DNA from: Octopus vulgaris
Taxonomy: Eukaryota
Assembly: GCA_951406725.2 (NCBI GenBank)
Contig: OX597816.1
Coordinates: 124,000,001 to 124,064,000 of the forward strand
Direction of reading: 5' to 3'
DNA length: 64,000 bases
The notes under the pieces are model-generated. The model was not told the origin of the DNA. It did not search any database and worked only from the letters and a program-made list of their open reading frames with translations. Both the position numbers and the translations under genes were made by a program. This document shows, in pieces, positions 1 through 11,779 of the stretch. How positions within the stretch are numbered: the stretch's first letter is position 1; every line of letters starts with the position of its first letter.

Positions 1-192
1 TGTCGCAAATTAATTAGGTATCACTCATATATTTCCAATATATTAGTACATTTCTAGCCTGGAGCATTTTATAAGCTTTACATTTTAAATGCTTGTGTAT
101 ATGTATGTATTTGAATATGTGTGAATGTAAGTGTGACTGTCAGCATCTATGTATTTAAATTTACATTGTTATATGTGTGTAAGATATACAAA

Positions 193-223
<31 letters not shown>

Positions 224-239
224 ATCGATCTTTGTAGAA

Positions 240-405
240 TTATCATCATTGTCAACATCATTATCAGCATCATCATTGTTATTGTTAATGTCATCCTCTT
301 TATCATGATTAATAACATCATCATTGTCATCATCATTCTTGACTTTATCATCATTAACATCACCATCATCATTGCTGCTGTCGCCATCATCATCGTTATG
401 ATGAA
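240..405. repeat. Degenerate (CAT)n/(ATC)n trinucleotide tract, probably the 3' tail of the adjacent RTE relic
   Basis: Visible catcatcatt/atcatcatt runs; these explain the Ile/Asp/Met-rich ORFs 149-426. Confidence 0.8.
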
Positions 406-2200
406 TTGACTTTTCCATGTCCACATGAGTTTAATGGTTCTTCTGCTGTACTGTATCTCAGCATGGCTTGCAGTCCTTTGTCATCTCTATGTATTTTAGT
501 CTCTTGAGATCTCAAACTTTGCAACTCCTTTCCTTGTCTTTCTTGGTTTTCTTCTTCAGAAGGTTCCTTTCACTTGGATCAGGTTGTACTTCTGTACACA
601 ACAGAAGAACACTCTCTGTATCAGTGCAGTATTTTCTCTTGCAGACTACATTTAATTCCTGTTATACAGATTCCAGTGGATTTGTGCTCTGACATTCATG
701 CACACCAGCAATACACATCCAGCAAAGAATGATTGCCTCATTTCATTTCAGAATTTGCACATCATATATGTGCAAAGCCCATGATTCTCTTCCATGCAAT
801 ATTGCATTTGCGACGAGAGCATCATCCAATTTGATTTCCATTTGCAGTGAATATCCTTTTGTTACCTGCAAATGCCATTGTTCTGTACATTTTTTTCACC
901 ATTTTTACTCTGGTGGCTTGGCCAGCCTGTTGGGCAATTTAAAAGCATTAATTTCATGCAAGGTCTTGCTGTTAACTATGACAGTATATATGTCACATAC
1001 AAAGTTTTCCTTTCTGTCAGCCTACTTGTTATATAACTTGGTCTCTTGTGCACTGCTATGTACATTAGCAATATGCTATGGTGATGGTACTCCCTTCTAT
1101 TCGGCATATTAAGTATGGCCCACTATACAGATGGCTTTAGATTCCTGCAAACTAAAACCTTTTTGTTTTGGAGGTGTAGTTTGAGGTCTTTCACTTTTAT
1201 ACTTTGCTGCCATGGTTAAATTTTTCTGGTTATTAAAATTTTTGTTGTTGTTATGGTGGTTTTTCAAATTTTAACTGCTTCAGCTACTGGAACTAAGCCA
1301 TTGGCTCATAGGGTTTTCTATATAGAGTGAGTCTTGAATTTCATTGTTTTGGCCAGGAAAACTATAACAAATGGGAGACTAAAATGTGAACCTTCATGGA
1401 CACCTGCTAAAAACACAAAATTCTTCACTGAACTCATTGCTAACACCCACCTTATTGATAGCATCCCAGCTATGGTTTGTATAGCTTCACAACATTCAAT
1501 TAAACTTAGTTTACTTAGAGTTCACTCAATTACTGAGCATGATGCTCTTTCAAAGGCTTTATTAGGTTAACAAATGGTAGGCATAGTGACTTTTGCCTTT
1601 GTCTTCATGAAAGGGGGCATCAATGGTACCCTATCCAAGTATGGATCCAAATTGTGTTTCATTAGAGCTTATTCCCTTCATACTCTGTCACTTGCCATCC
1701 CTATTGTTGCTTCTTTCTAGAACATCTTTACCTTTGTGGCATCTCATGAAGATGCTGTTACACAAGTTGTTAGGTATGACATTTCCATAGTGCTCTCTGA
1801 TTGACAATGTGAGTGACAAGCCATGTCATACTATACCAGATATTTTCATCATCTTAACAGTTAGCCCTATTGTCCAGCTGCTTTCCTAATATTCATGTCT
1901 TTCTCATTCACCAACTTGTAGTAACATTTCTAAGCCACTTTTTCTTCAGCGTCAGTTAGGCTAAGTGCTCCACTATCATCTTGCAGACACTTTTACTCCC
2001 CAAACCTTTTGCTTTTCTCTGTCATTTTGCCTTGCTGTCCAAAACACCTCACATCTCTGGTCCTCCATAGCAGAACATTAGCAATTCACTTGCTTTCAGC
2101 TTTTCTCTGAAATGTATACATACCTGATGCCAAGCTTTAATTCTGACTACTTGATAATCCTTCTTGCTCTTCTTTTCTTCCAATCTTGTCAGGCCTGTTT
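400..2200 (-). mobile_element. Decayed RTE-clade LINE (RT and 3' region)
   Basis: Minus-strand translation gives AILHGRESWAL..NEAIILCWMC (cf. RTE AMLHGSETWA..NEASMLRWMC) near 720-810. It also gives VIPNNLCNSIFMRCHKGKDVLERSN (cf. IPNDWRSS..CYKGKGDALDRGNYR) near 1710-1785. Many stops; the intervening 1130-1580 is not clearly part of it. Confidence 0.7.
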
Positions 2201-2980
2201 CTTACCTTTCATATAAGTTAACATTACACGTCCTGTGTGCCATAGTGGATTTATTTTTCTCTAGCATTAACAGATTTTTTGCATTCACACTCATATATAC
2301 TTCACATATGGTCTGCCTTCTGAAAAGGAAGGTAACATTTTGTTTCCATTTCTTAAACTGGAACTAAGCAACAACATCAATAATAATAAACTCTATGTAT
2401 TTCATGTTTACATTTAACAGATGTTATTGCAATCCTGTTGATTTCATAACTTCCTTTATTCAAGTTTTCCTTTAGGATAACATTGAATATCCATCAAACC
2501 ACTCACAACTAACTCCTCTTTAATAGTATGAGTGTGCTATACATTATAGAAATAAGGACGCACAACAAGGATTTGAGAAGCGGGTTGCATGATAAGTCAT
2601 TATTAGGTGAGCCCCACTACTAAAAGAATTCAAAGCAATTTTTCTTGAGGCTTGCCATTCATAAAGTCTCATGGGCAACAATTTGCCCATGACTAGTATA
2701 GCATAACACTCAGTTTATGTCAACTGAGCTATAAATTAATAAAGGAGGCCTTACATAGTCACTTGACCTGCTAAAAATAGCAACTAAATTACTTTCATAT
2801 AATACCCTGTTGCCTTTGTGAAAACATCTTTTCAGATAATGTAGTCCTAGATGGATGATAATACTGGATGGTCACAACTGGGACGTCTTTAGTCATAGGT
2901 CTCCTGATCAGGACTGATTTAGTATTAAACAGCAACAACAACTTAGTTGTTAAAGGTCAAATTCCATTGTACTATCTGAA

Positions 2981-3929
2981 CTATTCATATTCACTTACAA
3001 GTATATCTCAAACAGTTCACTACACCATGGTACCTGAACACTAAATGCTTTAATCCTTACCAAGGTTCTCAGTTGATTTCATACACCATTTATGGGGATT
3101 GGCAACATGGTAATAAAATTCTGCTTTACGAATTGAACAAGGTTGTTTTCTAGATATTTTGAAGGGTAGTTTTCAATGACTACGACCAAATGGGACCTTA
3201 CTTTTAATTGTGCTCACCTTTGTGCCTTTTGAATTAATCTTATTCATTCAAAATTCAAATTTCTGTAGTTCTTCTAAAAATTCTGCATTTAAATCTCATT
3301 TATAAACATACAAAATTTCCCACTGGTGTCAAGACTTGAAGTTATCTCTGATAAGCTCAAACCCAGGATAATGAGAATGTGCCTGTACCCACACAGGCAT
3401 AATGCACACACATACTCTTACTAATATACTCACTCTTTCTCTCCTTCTTCCACTTTTGCTCATTTTGTTTCATTCTCTCTTATTTGCACTCATACACAAT
3501 GATTGACAAAGATACATGCAGTGTTTTGAGCACTGTAGATTGGAGCACACACACATAGAACTAATTATCTGTATCTATTTGTTTGTCCATCTGTCTGCCT
3601 TCTTGCTTACCTACCTGCATGCCTTCTTCTCCATCTATCTATCTATCTATCTATCTCTCCATCTATCAGTCTGTCTGTCTGTCTGTCTACCTGTCTCTCT
3701 CTCTTTCTCTCTCTCCCTCCCCTCTCTCTTTCTCCCCTCTCTCCCCTCCCTGTTACCCTCTTTCTCTCCCCCTTTCTCCCCTCACTCTCACCTGCCCTCT
3801 CCCAATCTCTCCCTCCCTCTCCCTCTCTATTCATATTCACTTACAAATATATCTCAAACAGTTCACTGCTCTACAGTACCTGGGCACTTAACACTTTAAT
3901 CCTTAGCAGAGCTCTCAGTTGATTTCGTA
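2981..3929 (+). repeat. Pair of ~100-bp direct repeats (2981-3083 and 3827-3929)
   Basis: Both copies read ctattcatattcacttacaa[g/a]tatatctcaaacagttcact...tttaatcctta...ctcagttgatttc. Confidence 0.85.
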
Positions 3930-4454
3930 TCGATAATGTCAGCAACAGTGTTAACAACAGCATCCTCAGGCCCAGAGCCTACTAGAGATATACCAGGAAA
4001 ATGAATATAGCTACATCCCAAGTTTGTAAATATATCAGATTTACCAGTAGATCTTTCAAACAGGGAAGGTGGTCCTACTCCATGTTAAAATAAATTTGTT
4101 AGAAATTTTATGGTGTTTCCATTATTTTGTCCAACCCTGTATATATACATATGTCTATATACGTATACATGTGTATAGTTCAAATTTACAGAAAACAAAA
4201 GACAAAGACAGTTGAGGGAACATCAAATAGGTGCATTAATTTGACACTCAAGAAGAATGGAAAAGTCTTTCATGATTCAAACCTACACTCTTTGACAGAA
4301 AGGGTTGAAGGAGACAAAATAATGGAGAGAGAACAAAAAAATCTAGAGAGACAAAAATATATTTTGGGATTAACGGTTCAACATGATGAAATGTATACAT
4401 ATGCATGCTTACACACACACATGCACACACACATGCACACACACATGCACACAC

Positions 4455-4487
<33 letters not shown>

Positions 4488-5759
4488 TTTATGTATGCAT
4501 ATATGCATGTATGTATGTATACATATATATATATATATATATATTTACACACACACACATATATATATATGTAAATATGTGTATGTATGTATAACAAAAG
4601 GGAGATATTTTAAACTATAGAAAAGTTCACAATGAATATAGACATGTTATATATAGTGTGATAAACTAGAGTAATAATTTTGGACACAATGGAAACTAAT
4701 AACTTTTAATAAACAAGGAAACCATTTAAAATCAGAATTTATATTCTGCTTTAATAGATTGATGAACATGGCTACTCTATGTATGAGAAAAGAGAGCAAA
4801 AGATTGTTGAGATGATTTAGTATTGGATAACCAGTCATGCAATAGGTCAGGCATGAGTAACCTTTGCCACTTATATCTTTTTGTATGGCACACTTAATGT
4901 CATGGTTATAAAAATATATTTATTAAAATTTTATAGCATAATCCTGAGGTCTGACTCTATTAATTTGAACAATTTTGTATCTTTCTTTCTCATTCACCCA
5001 TGTTTTCTCTCAATCAAATATTTATAATTTTCTTAGTGCAATATATAATGTGCTCTATACTACATATGATGCGTATTAAATTATTATTTAAGTGTTATAG
5101 CTTGAAATCTGGTGAGCAGTGTCTGATAAGGTACAATGAAAAAGACTGCCATGCTTACAGCTGGATGAGGCAAGGATAGTAGCATTATAAGGCATCTTAC
5201 TCAATTCATGTACAGGACAGCTTGTCTGCTGCTGGTTTCTGCTTGGCCTCTCTCAATTACAACCTTTTATTTCTGAATTCTATAAACAACCTTGCCTGGA
5301 CTTGTGCCTTGGAGGGTAACTTTCTAGGTGCAATTCCATGGTCATTCATGACCGAAGGGGGTCTCCTCTTCTCCTTTCAAACATCGCTTCTGCAACCACC
5401 ATTAATGCTTCAGAGTCCCAGAAAGATGTTTTGCCACATCCCTGGCCAGCCATGTGTGGCTCCTCAAAGATCAAGGGATCCTATGTCATGTAACAGTGTC
5501 ACCTCCTGGGCAATGATATTTGCGAGTCAGTTAAACCAGGTTGACAGTTGCCTATGAGTTTTAAACTCAAGCTAAAATTCTTTAAGTGTTTGACACTCAA
5601 CACATAAGAAGTCAAGATTTTCAGTAGACTATACAGAAGAAACTCCACTGTCAGTGATAACATTTCATTGAGCCAAAATGTGATTCCAGTGATGTAGCTA
5701 TGTGATGAGTACCTCAGAACATGGTAAGGCAGAAATATACCTCTGCTCATCCCACTGTA

Positions 5760-6040
5760 TCATCGTCATCATTTTCATCGTTCTTTAATGTCTGTTTTCC
5801 ATGCTGGCAAAGGTTGGATGGCTCGATAGGAACTGGTAAGGCCAGGGGCCGCATCATGTTCCATAGTCTGATTTGGCTTGATTCCTACAGCTGGATGCCC
5901 TTCCTAATGCCAACCACTCCACAGAGTGTACTGGATGCTTTTAATGTTATACCATCACTGGTGTTTTTTAAGTGGCACCAGCACCAGTGCTTTTTACGTG
6001 GCACCAGCACCCACACCAACACTTTTTATGTGGCACCTTG
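5760..6040 (-). mobile_element. SINE with RTE-type 3' end and (GAT)n tail, diverged
   Basis: catcgtcatc..tttaatgtctgttttccatgctggc..cagctggatgcccttcctaatgccaacc, shared with copies at 8992, 19083, 36915, 48888 and 59808. Confidence 0.85.
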
Positions 6041-6599
6041 GTTTTAGGTTCTCAATTCTGTTGTGGTAGATGGGTCTTCACAGGTTTGGCCAATTCTGTA
6101 GGTTTTTACTCCACTCTAAATGCATTGCAACATTTGTTTTTGAAAGTAGTATTTTGAGATCAGCATTCAAAATTAATATGGTTCTAGTTGTCTCAGTTTG
6201 CCTTGGCACTGGTACAAGAAATCAAGGATAAAAGAGTGAGCATGCTGAGTTTAGAGCAAGTCAAGACTCAGACTTGTAGGAACTGTAAACAGACAGTGGA
6301 CCTTTTTTTGTGGTAGTCAGGGTATCATGTAAATCTGTAGTAATGAAATACCAACTATATCTGAAGTTTTCCTTCCCATGACTACACATGAAAGGTGTAG
6401 TAAAAGCCAGGTTAGTAGTAATTTTCTGGTAACTTTTATGTCAGTGTCTCCCTTGTCAAGACTCTTTAAAACATGATGTTAATGTCTAAGATATGATGTC
6501 ATCTTTGAAAGTAAAGGTCAAATAAATTGTGTCCATACCCAAGATACTTAATGTTCAATAGCTAACTTAGCCTAACAGTGAAATTTTATTGTTGTAAAT

Positions 6600-7430
6600 T
6601 TATTGTTTGGCCCCAGGTTACTTATGAGTGAGTAGATTAAAGGTGTTACATCAGTGAACACTTTCTCTATTTATCTGACAGTATTCATCTATTAATACAC
6701 TATCCAATGTGTCCTTCTCTTTTAAAGGTGATGGCATATAATTTAAGGGAGATTTGGAACAGATTAAACAACCACACAAAGCCTACTTTCACTGATTCCC
6801 TAGTTCCAATTTCTTGTTGTTGTTGCTAGTTCCCAAATTTGTCCTGATAGTGCATAACTCTGATCAAAAATATTCCAACTATGACCATCCTGTCTTTTCA
6901 TTATTAAGCTATTTATCACCTTATGACCATCATTTTTAAGATGGTGGAGTGGGATGTAAAGAAGATCTGGCTTATAGTTTTATCAGGTCAACAAGCTCCA
7001 TAGAAAGGCTTCTCCATAACATGTTGTTAGTAGTGGTGGTGGTGGTATTGAATTCCCTCCCTGGATAATCATGACTGAGAATATCAATGGTCAAGAGCAT
7101 TACATCCGTGATCATCATATCTTTTCAAGTAATTCACCAAGGACTACATTAGCCAATGTGTCCTTCCTTTTCTAAGATGGTAGCGTTTGATGTGATCAAG
7201 CAATCCCATTGAAGCTCCTCCGGTAGCTCATTAATAAAAGTTGTTTTCATCACTTTTAGCAAAATATCATTCCTGATAGTGTTGATCTATGATCAAAAGT
7301 TTTCTCATAGTAACCATGCCTTCATTCTCTAGGTTTACACATGTTTTAAACAATATATCCATTTTTAAAGATGGTTGGATATAATTTAAAGAAAATTTGT
7401 CTGTTATTTTTTTCAGATTGAGCAACTATG
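6600..7430 (-). repeat. Four head-to-tail diverged copies of a ~210-bp SINE-like element with (CAA)n tail
   Basis: Recurring motifs tgatcaaa..tgaccat, ccaatgtgtcctt, ttttaagatggt, gagatttgg; solo copies at ~2740-2945, 16940-17170, 21080-21250, 30330-30790 and 34750-34880. Confidence 0.65.
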
Positions 7431-7654
7431 TTAACCCTTTAGCATTTAAACTAACCATGTCCAACTCAAATATTCTACCTATTTTTTGTTCAAACTAACC
7501 AGATCTGAACTTTCACACATACCCTACAATGTCATTTTAAAAATATATGATCACATTATTGAAATCAAGAAGGTATAAGAAAATGCATGTTTAATTAAAA
7601 ACTATCTGAATAAGCCTTACATTTGACAAAATAATCTGAATACTAAAGTGTTAA
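7431..7654. mobile_element. piggyBac-type MITE
   Basis: ttaa-ccctttagcatt ... aatactaaagtg-ttaa: terminal inverted repeats with TTAA at both ends. Confidence 0.75.
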
Positions 7655-8671
7655 AGTTCCCTAATTGGTCCTATTTAGCCAGCAAAGGTATCCCAAAAGA
7701 TAACATATTTCGTTTAAGTTACTGAACTATAGACAAACACAAAACTGTTGACTAACAAAAGAACAAATGACACATCTATACCTATATTTTAAAAAAACGT
7801 TGATGTTTGTCTGTTTGTCTTAAAGCAATCAGGATTTTAAAAAAAATCTTTATCAAATTTCACAGAAAGCCAGAAGCAATTCAGAATAATGCTTAAGAAA
7901 AAAAATTCTTGGTCTGAGGTTCTCTTGACAAAAAACTGAGATTAGTAAAGAAGATGTAGAGAGATTAGAAATTGAAATAGAGTGGTAGTAGAATAGAAGT
8001 GTTAGTAGGAGATTGGGAGATATAGAAACATTGTTAGTTTGATATGCCAAATTTTGTTTTCCTTTTTCCATTAGTCTTTCTTTAATCTCTTTCATGCACT
8101 TTCTTACTCATCTCTCTCTCAGACAGCAATATGTGACGTATTATATATATGTGTGCAAGTGTGTATATGTGTAACTACATATGCACACATGTATGTATGT
8201 GTGTGTGTGTGTGTGTGTATTATATATATGAATGAGATGATAAATGAAAGAAAAAGGCACTCAACACATTTAGTCGGAGTTACATGTATTATTTAAAACA
8301 GTTTGATTCAGCTCTATGCAACTTAAAGTTCCATGGGCCTCTAGCAGATACCCATCTGTCTTGAATTACTGATTCAGGCTTAGATGACTTATTATTGGTT
8401 TTCAAGTCACATGGAGCCCAATCAAACTGTTTTATCACCGTGTGTATCACGTAAGTCTAGGGATGGGAGCGATGACCTCCTCTCACAAATACTAATCGGA
8501 CACAGAATGTGTGTTGTTAGCCAGCTGGAAGAGATGTCTTCCTGGGGCTATAAACGTCAGTAGTACTGTTCTTTATAGGATGCTACACTTGGTTGGCAAT
8601 TATATGTTATGATTCCATATTGCTACTGTTTACATCTCGCTCAGAGATTTAAAATAGTATATATATATATA

Positions 8672-8929
8672 TCATCGGTAAAACATAAACCCAAATAAGA
8701 AGCACATTCAAAGTTATAGAGCAGTATATTATGTAGATAAAGTTAGATAAGGCCAGTTTATGGGTTTACCCTGGGTTTCATATCCATAAAATGTGTAGCT
8801 TTACAGTGTATTTTCAGATCCCAAACCTGTTGGCTGATGGTCGAGTTTAGGATCTGATGATATGATGTAAAGATCGGCACTTTATGGATGTGAAACCCAG
8901 GGTAATCTCATTAGCTGGCCTTATCTAAC

Positions 8930-8932
<3 letters not shown>
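8672..8932. mobile_element. Non-coding fold-back element with hammerhead-like motif in both arms (Penelope-like derivative)
   Basis: Inverted arms 8741-8826 and 8845-8929; flanked by (TA)n on the left and (CTAT)n on the right. Confidence 0.75.
8848..8910 (+). ncRNA. Minimal type I hammerhead ribozyme motif
   Basis: ggat-CTGATGA(8854-8860)-stem II tgtaaag/ctttatg-GAAA(8892-8895)-cccaggg-TA(8903-8904)-atct. Core order and stems match type I topology; stem I is only ~4 bp. Confidence 0.6.
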
Positions 8933-8990
<58 letters not shown>

Positions 8991-8991
8991 A

Positions 8992-9440
8992 TCATCATCG
9001 TTTAACGTCTGCTTTCCATGCTGGCATGGGTTGGACAGTTTGACTGAGGACTGGTGAGCCAGAAGCTGCACCAGGCTCAATCTGATCTGGCAAGGTTTCT
9101 ACAGCTGAACGCCCTTCCTAATGCCAACCATTCCTAGGGTGTAGTGGGTGCTAACCTGCACGGGAGCCAGTCTGGTGGCACTGGCAACGACCATGCTCAG
9201 ATGTGCTTTTAACATTCCACTGGCATGAGTTCCAATCAGGCAGTACTGTGTTTGGCTATTTTGATTTGCTTTGTTTTTGTTTTTGTTTTCACTTGCCTCA
9301 ATAGATCTTCGCAAGCAAAGTTCATTGTCCAACAAATGTAGGGTACTCATAAATGGGCCAGTTACACCCCACATTTGGATGTGCTTTTAACGTTCCAGTG
9401 GCACGAGTTCCAATCAGGCAGTACTGTAATTGGCCACATT
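8992..9440 (-). mobile_element. SINE with RTE-type 3' end
   Basis: catcatcgtttaacgtctgctttccatgctggcatgggttggac...gcccttcctaatgccaacc; internal duplication of gatgtgcttttaac..ccaatcaggcagtactgt. Confidence 0.85.
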
Positions 9441-9459
9441 AGTGATTTTGATTTTGATG

Positions 9460-9521
<62 letters not shown>

Positions 9522-9540
9522 ATATATATATATGTACACA

Positions 9541-9990
9541 TTTATTTCATTATTGCCCACAGGGGATCAACATAGAGAGGACAAACAAGGACAGACAAAG
9601 GGATTAAGTTGATTGCTTTGTCCTCAGTATGTAACTGGTGCCTATTTAATTGACTCTGAAAGGATGAAAGGCAAAGTCAACCTCTGGGGAATTTGAACTA
9701 AGACAAAATACCGATTTCTTTACTACCCACAAGGGGCCAAACACAGAGGAAACAAGCAAGGACAGACAGACGGATTAAGTCGATTATATCGACCCCAGAG
9801 CGTAACTGGTACTTAATTTATCGACCCCGAAAGGATGAAAGGCAAAGTCGACCTCGGCGGAATTTGAACTCAGAACGTAATGGCAGACGAAATACGGCTA
9901 CGCATTTCACCCGGCGTGCTAACGTTTCTGCCAGTTCACCACGAAGCATTTCACCCGGTGTGCTAATGATTCTGCCAGCTCGCCACCCTA
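9541..9990 (-). mobile_element. Two nested tRNA-derived SINEs with a Meta-like central domain (young copy ~9714-9940 inside an older copy)
   Basis: tttatcgaccccgaaaggatgaaaggcaaagtcgac core; pol III B-box-like gagttcaaat on the minus strand. Confidence 0.85.
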
Positions 9991-10049
9991 ATATATATAT
10001 ATATATATATATTAGTTAAAAAAAAGTAAATAAAAATGGAAAAGCACTG

Positions 10050-10495
10050 CTAAGGAGAGCACAGGTCAGGAGGGTAGGCCACCTTGTTCAAATGCCTGCC
10101 ACATGACCCTCCAAAAGACTGTTTACAGCAAACTGGCAGAAGGAATGTGCACACAAGGTGGACAGAAACAGCATTTAAAGGATACACATAAAGTCTCACT
10201 GAAGTACTTTGAGATCAACCTGGACACCTGAGAAATGGAAGCACAGGACCAACCTACCAGGCAAAGCTTCACCAACAGAGGTGCCACTTCCTACAAACAG
10301 AACAGGATTGCAGGAGCACAAAGAAAACCTGAACTGTGCAAGTCCAAAATCAATTCTTTGCTTTCAATCTCAGTAGTCCACCAGTGTCTGACCTGCAGTA
10401 GAGCCGTCCAAGCACGCATCAGGTTGATTGGCCACATCTGGGCATGCCATGATAGACCTTCTTCTCCTATGTGATGTCCTTGTTGATGACAGATA

Positions 10496-10500
<5 letters not shown>
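10050..10500 (+). mobile_element. RTE/BovB-like LINE 3' fragment
   Basis: GGQKQHL KDTHKVSLKYFEINLDT*EMEAQDQPTR and a C-terminal C2H2-like CLTCSRAVQARIRLIGHI; followed by (TTA)n. Confidence 0.75.
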
Positions 10501-10536
<36 letters not shown>

Positions 10537-10714
10537 GTATGCATATATGTTTGTATGTAATTATTTGTGTATACATATTCACACACGCATAGACATGCAT
10601 AAACACACAGTCACATGCACACATGCAGACACTTATATTATATAATGAGAATAGTGTCGTTAGAATTCCATACTGGAAAACCAAATCTTTGTAAAGTTAC
10701 ATTGTTTCAAATAG

Positions 10715-11230
10715 CATGAAACAAAGAAAAAATATATAATCTAAATTCCATGATTTTTGAAACTATGTACTAATTTTTACATGTTTATCATTGAAATTTG
10801 TTTATATTTCTAAAACAAGCAGATTTTATGCCCTATAAATTGGACTGTTGATTTTTATAATGTTTGAATATATTTCAAGTGTTATTAAAATCAGCAGTCC
10901 AACTCATAAAACATAAAACCTAAGTATTTCAGAAACATAAACAAATTTAAATATGAAACAGCGAAAGAATAAATTATTTTCTAGTTTCCATGGTATTAGA
11001 AATTATGTTCTCATATTCTGAAGTTGTGATTTTTTAAATGAGGAATTTTAATGACAGCATGCCAATGCATACTAGTAATATATTTCGTATGAAATATAAT
11101 TGTCTTCCATTATTGTTACAAATACTACTAACACACTTCATGTTTATATAAATTAATATAAACATATACAAATTTAAATGCAAAACTATGAAAGAATAAA
11201 TAATTTTCTATCCATAGTATTTGAAAGCAT
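10715..11230. repeat. AT-rich segment with an imperfect palindrome (centre ~10871) and three direct sub-repeats
   Basis: ttggactgttgatttt(10840-10855)/aaaatcagcagtccaa(10887-10902); tgaaa..aagaa..tt..cta..tccat..tatt.gaaa repeated at ~10720, 10953 and 11186. Confidence 0.65.
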
Positions 11231-11779
11231 ATACCAACTTTATGAGAATATGGTATTTCATTAACATAGTTAAATCTCAGACAGTTTCTGCATTATCTTC
11301 ATGGTTGTACTTATCTTCAGAACCTAAAAACTGTAGCTCAATATGTCAGTGCAACATAGTGTAAAATTTGCCTAATATACTCTTTGGATCTGTACCTTGA
11401 AAGAGACTGCAGTCTCACATTCTCCCAGCATGATGTGGAGCCTCTTTAGTAGCGTTTTTGTACCTGTTCACCATCCAGTTCTTCAGATACTATAGCAATA
11501 TCACTAGGGCTGCATAACAGAACACTTACTATATCAAGCACAACAAAGTGAAAAAATCCACATCTAGACTTTATTTCTGCCACATACCACTGATCCTCAT
11601 TGAAAATGCTGAACAATCCATGGCTGGAAAATATCTTAAGCAAAGTGGACAACCAACTCTAATACACGAACTTCAAGTACAACCTTCAGTCAAGTGATTT
11701 ACATGTAACCAGGTATGGTATTCAAAAGCTGAAACAGCATCTCCATCAAAATTAATTATTCTTGGTATCAGATGAAAAA

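Noticed and set aside
11446-11652. 68-aa minus-strand ORF with natural-looking composition
   Set aside because: No recognisable motif or splice signals; cannot be supported as coding
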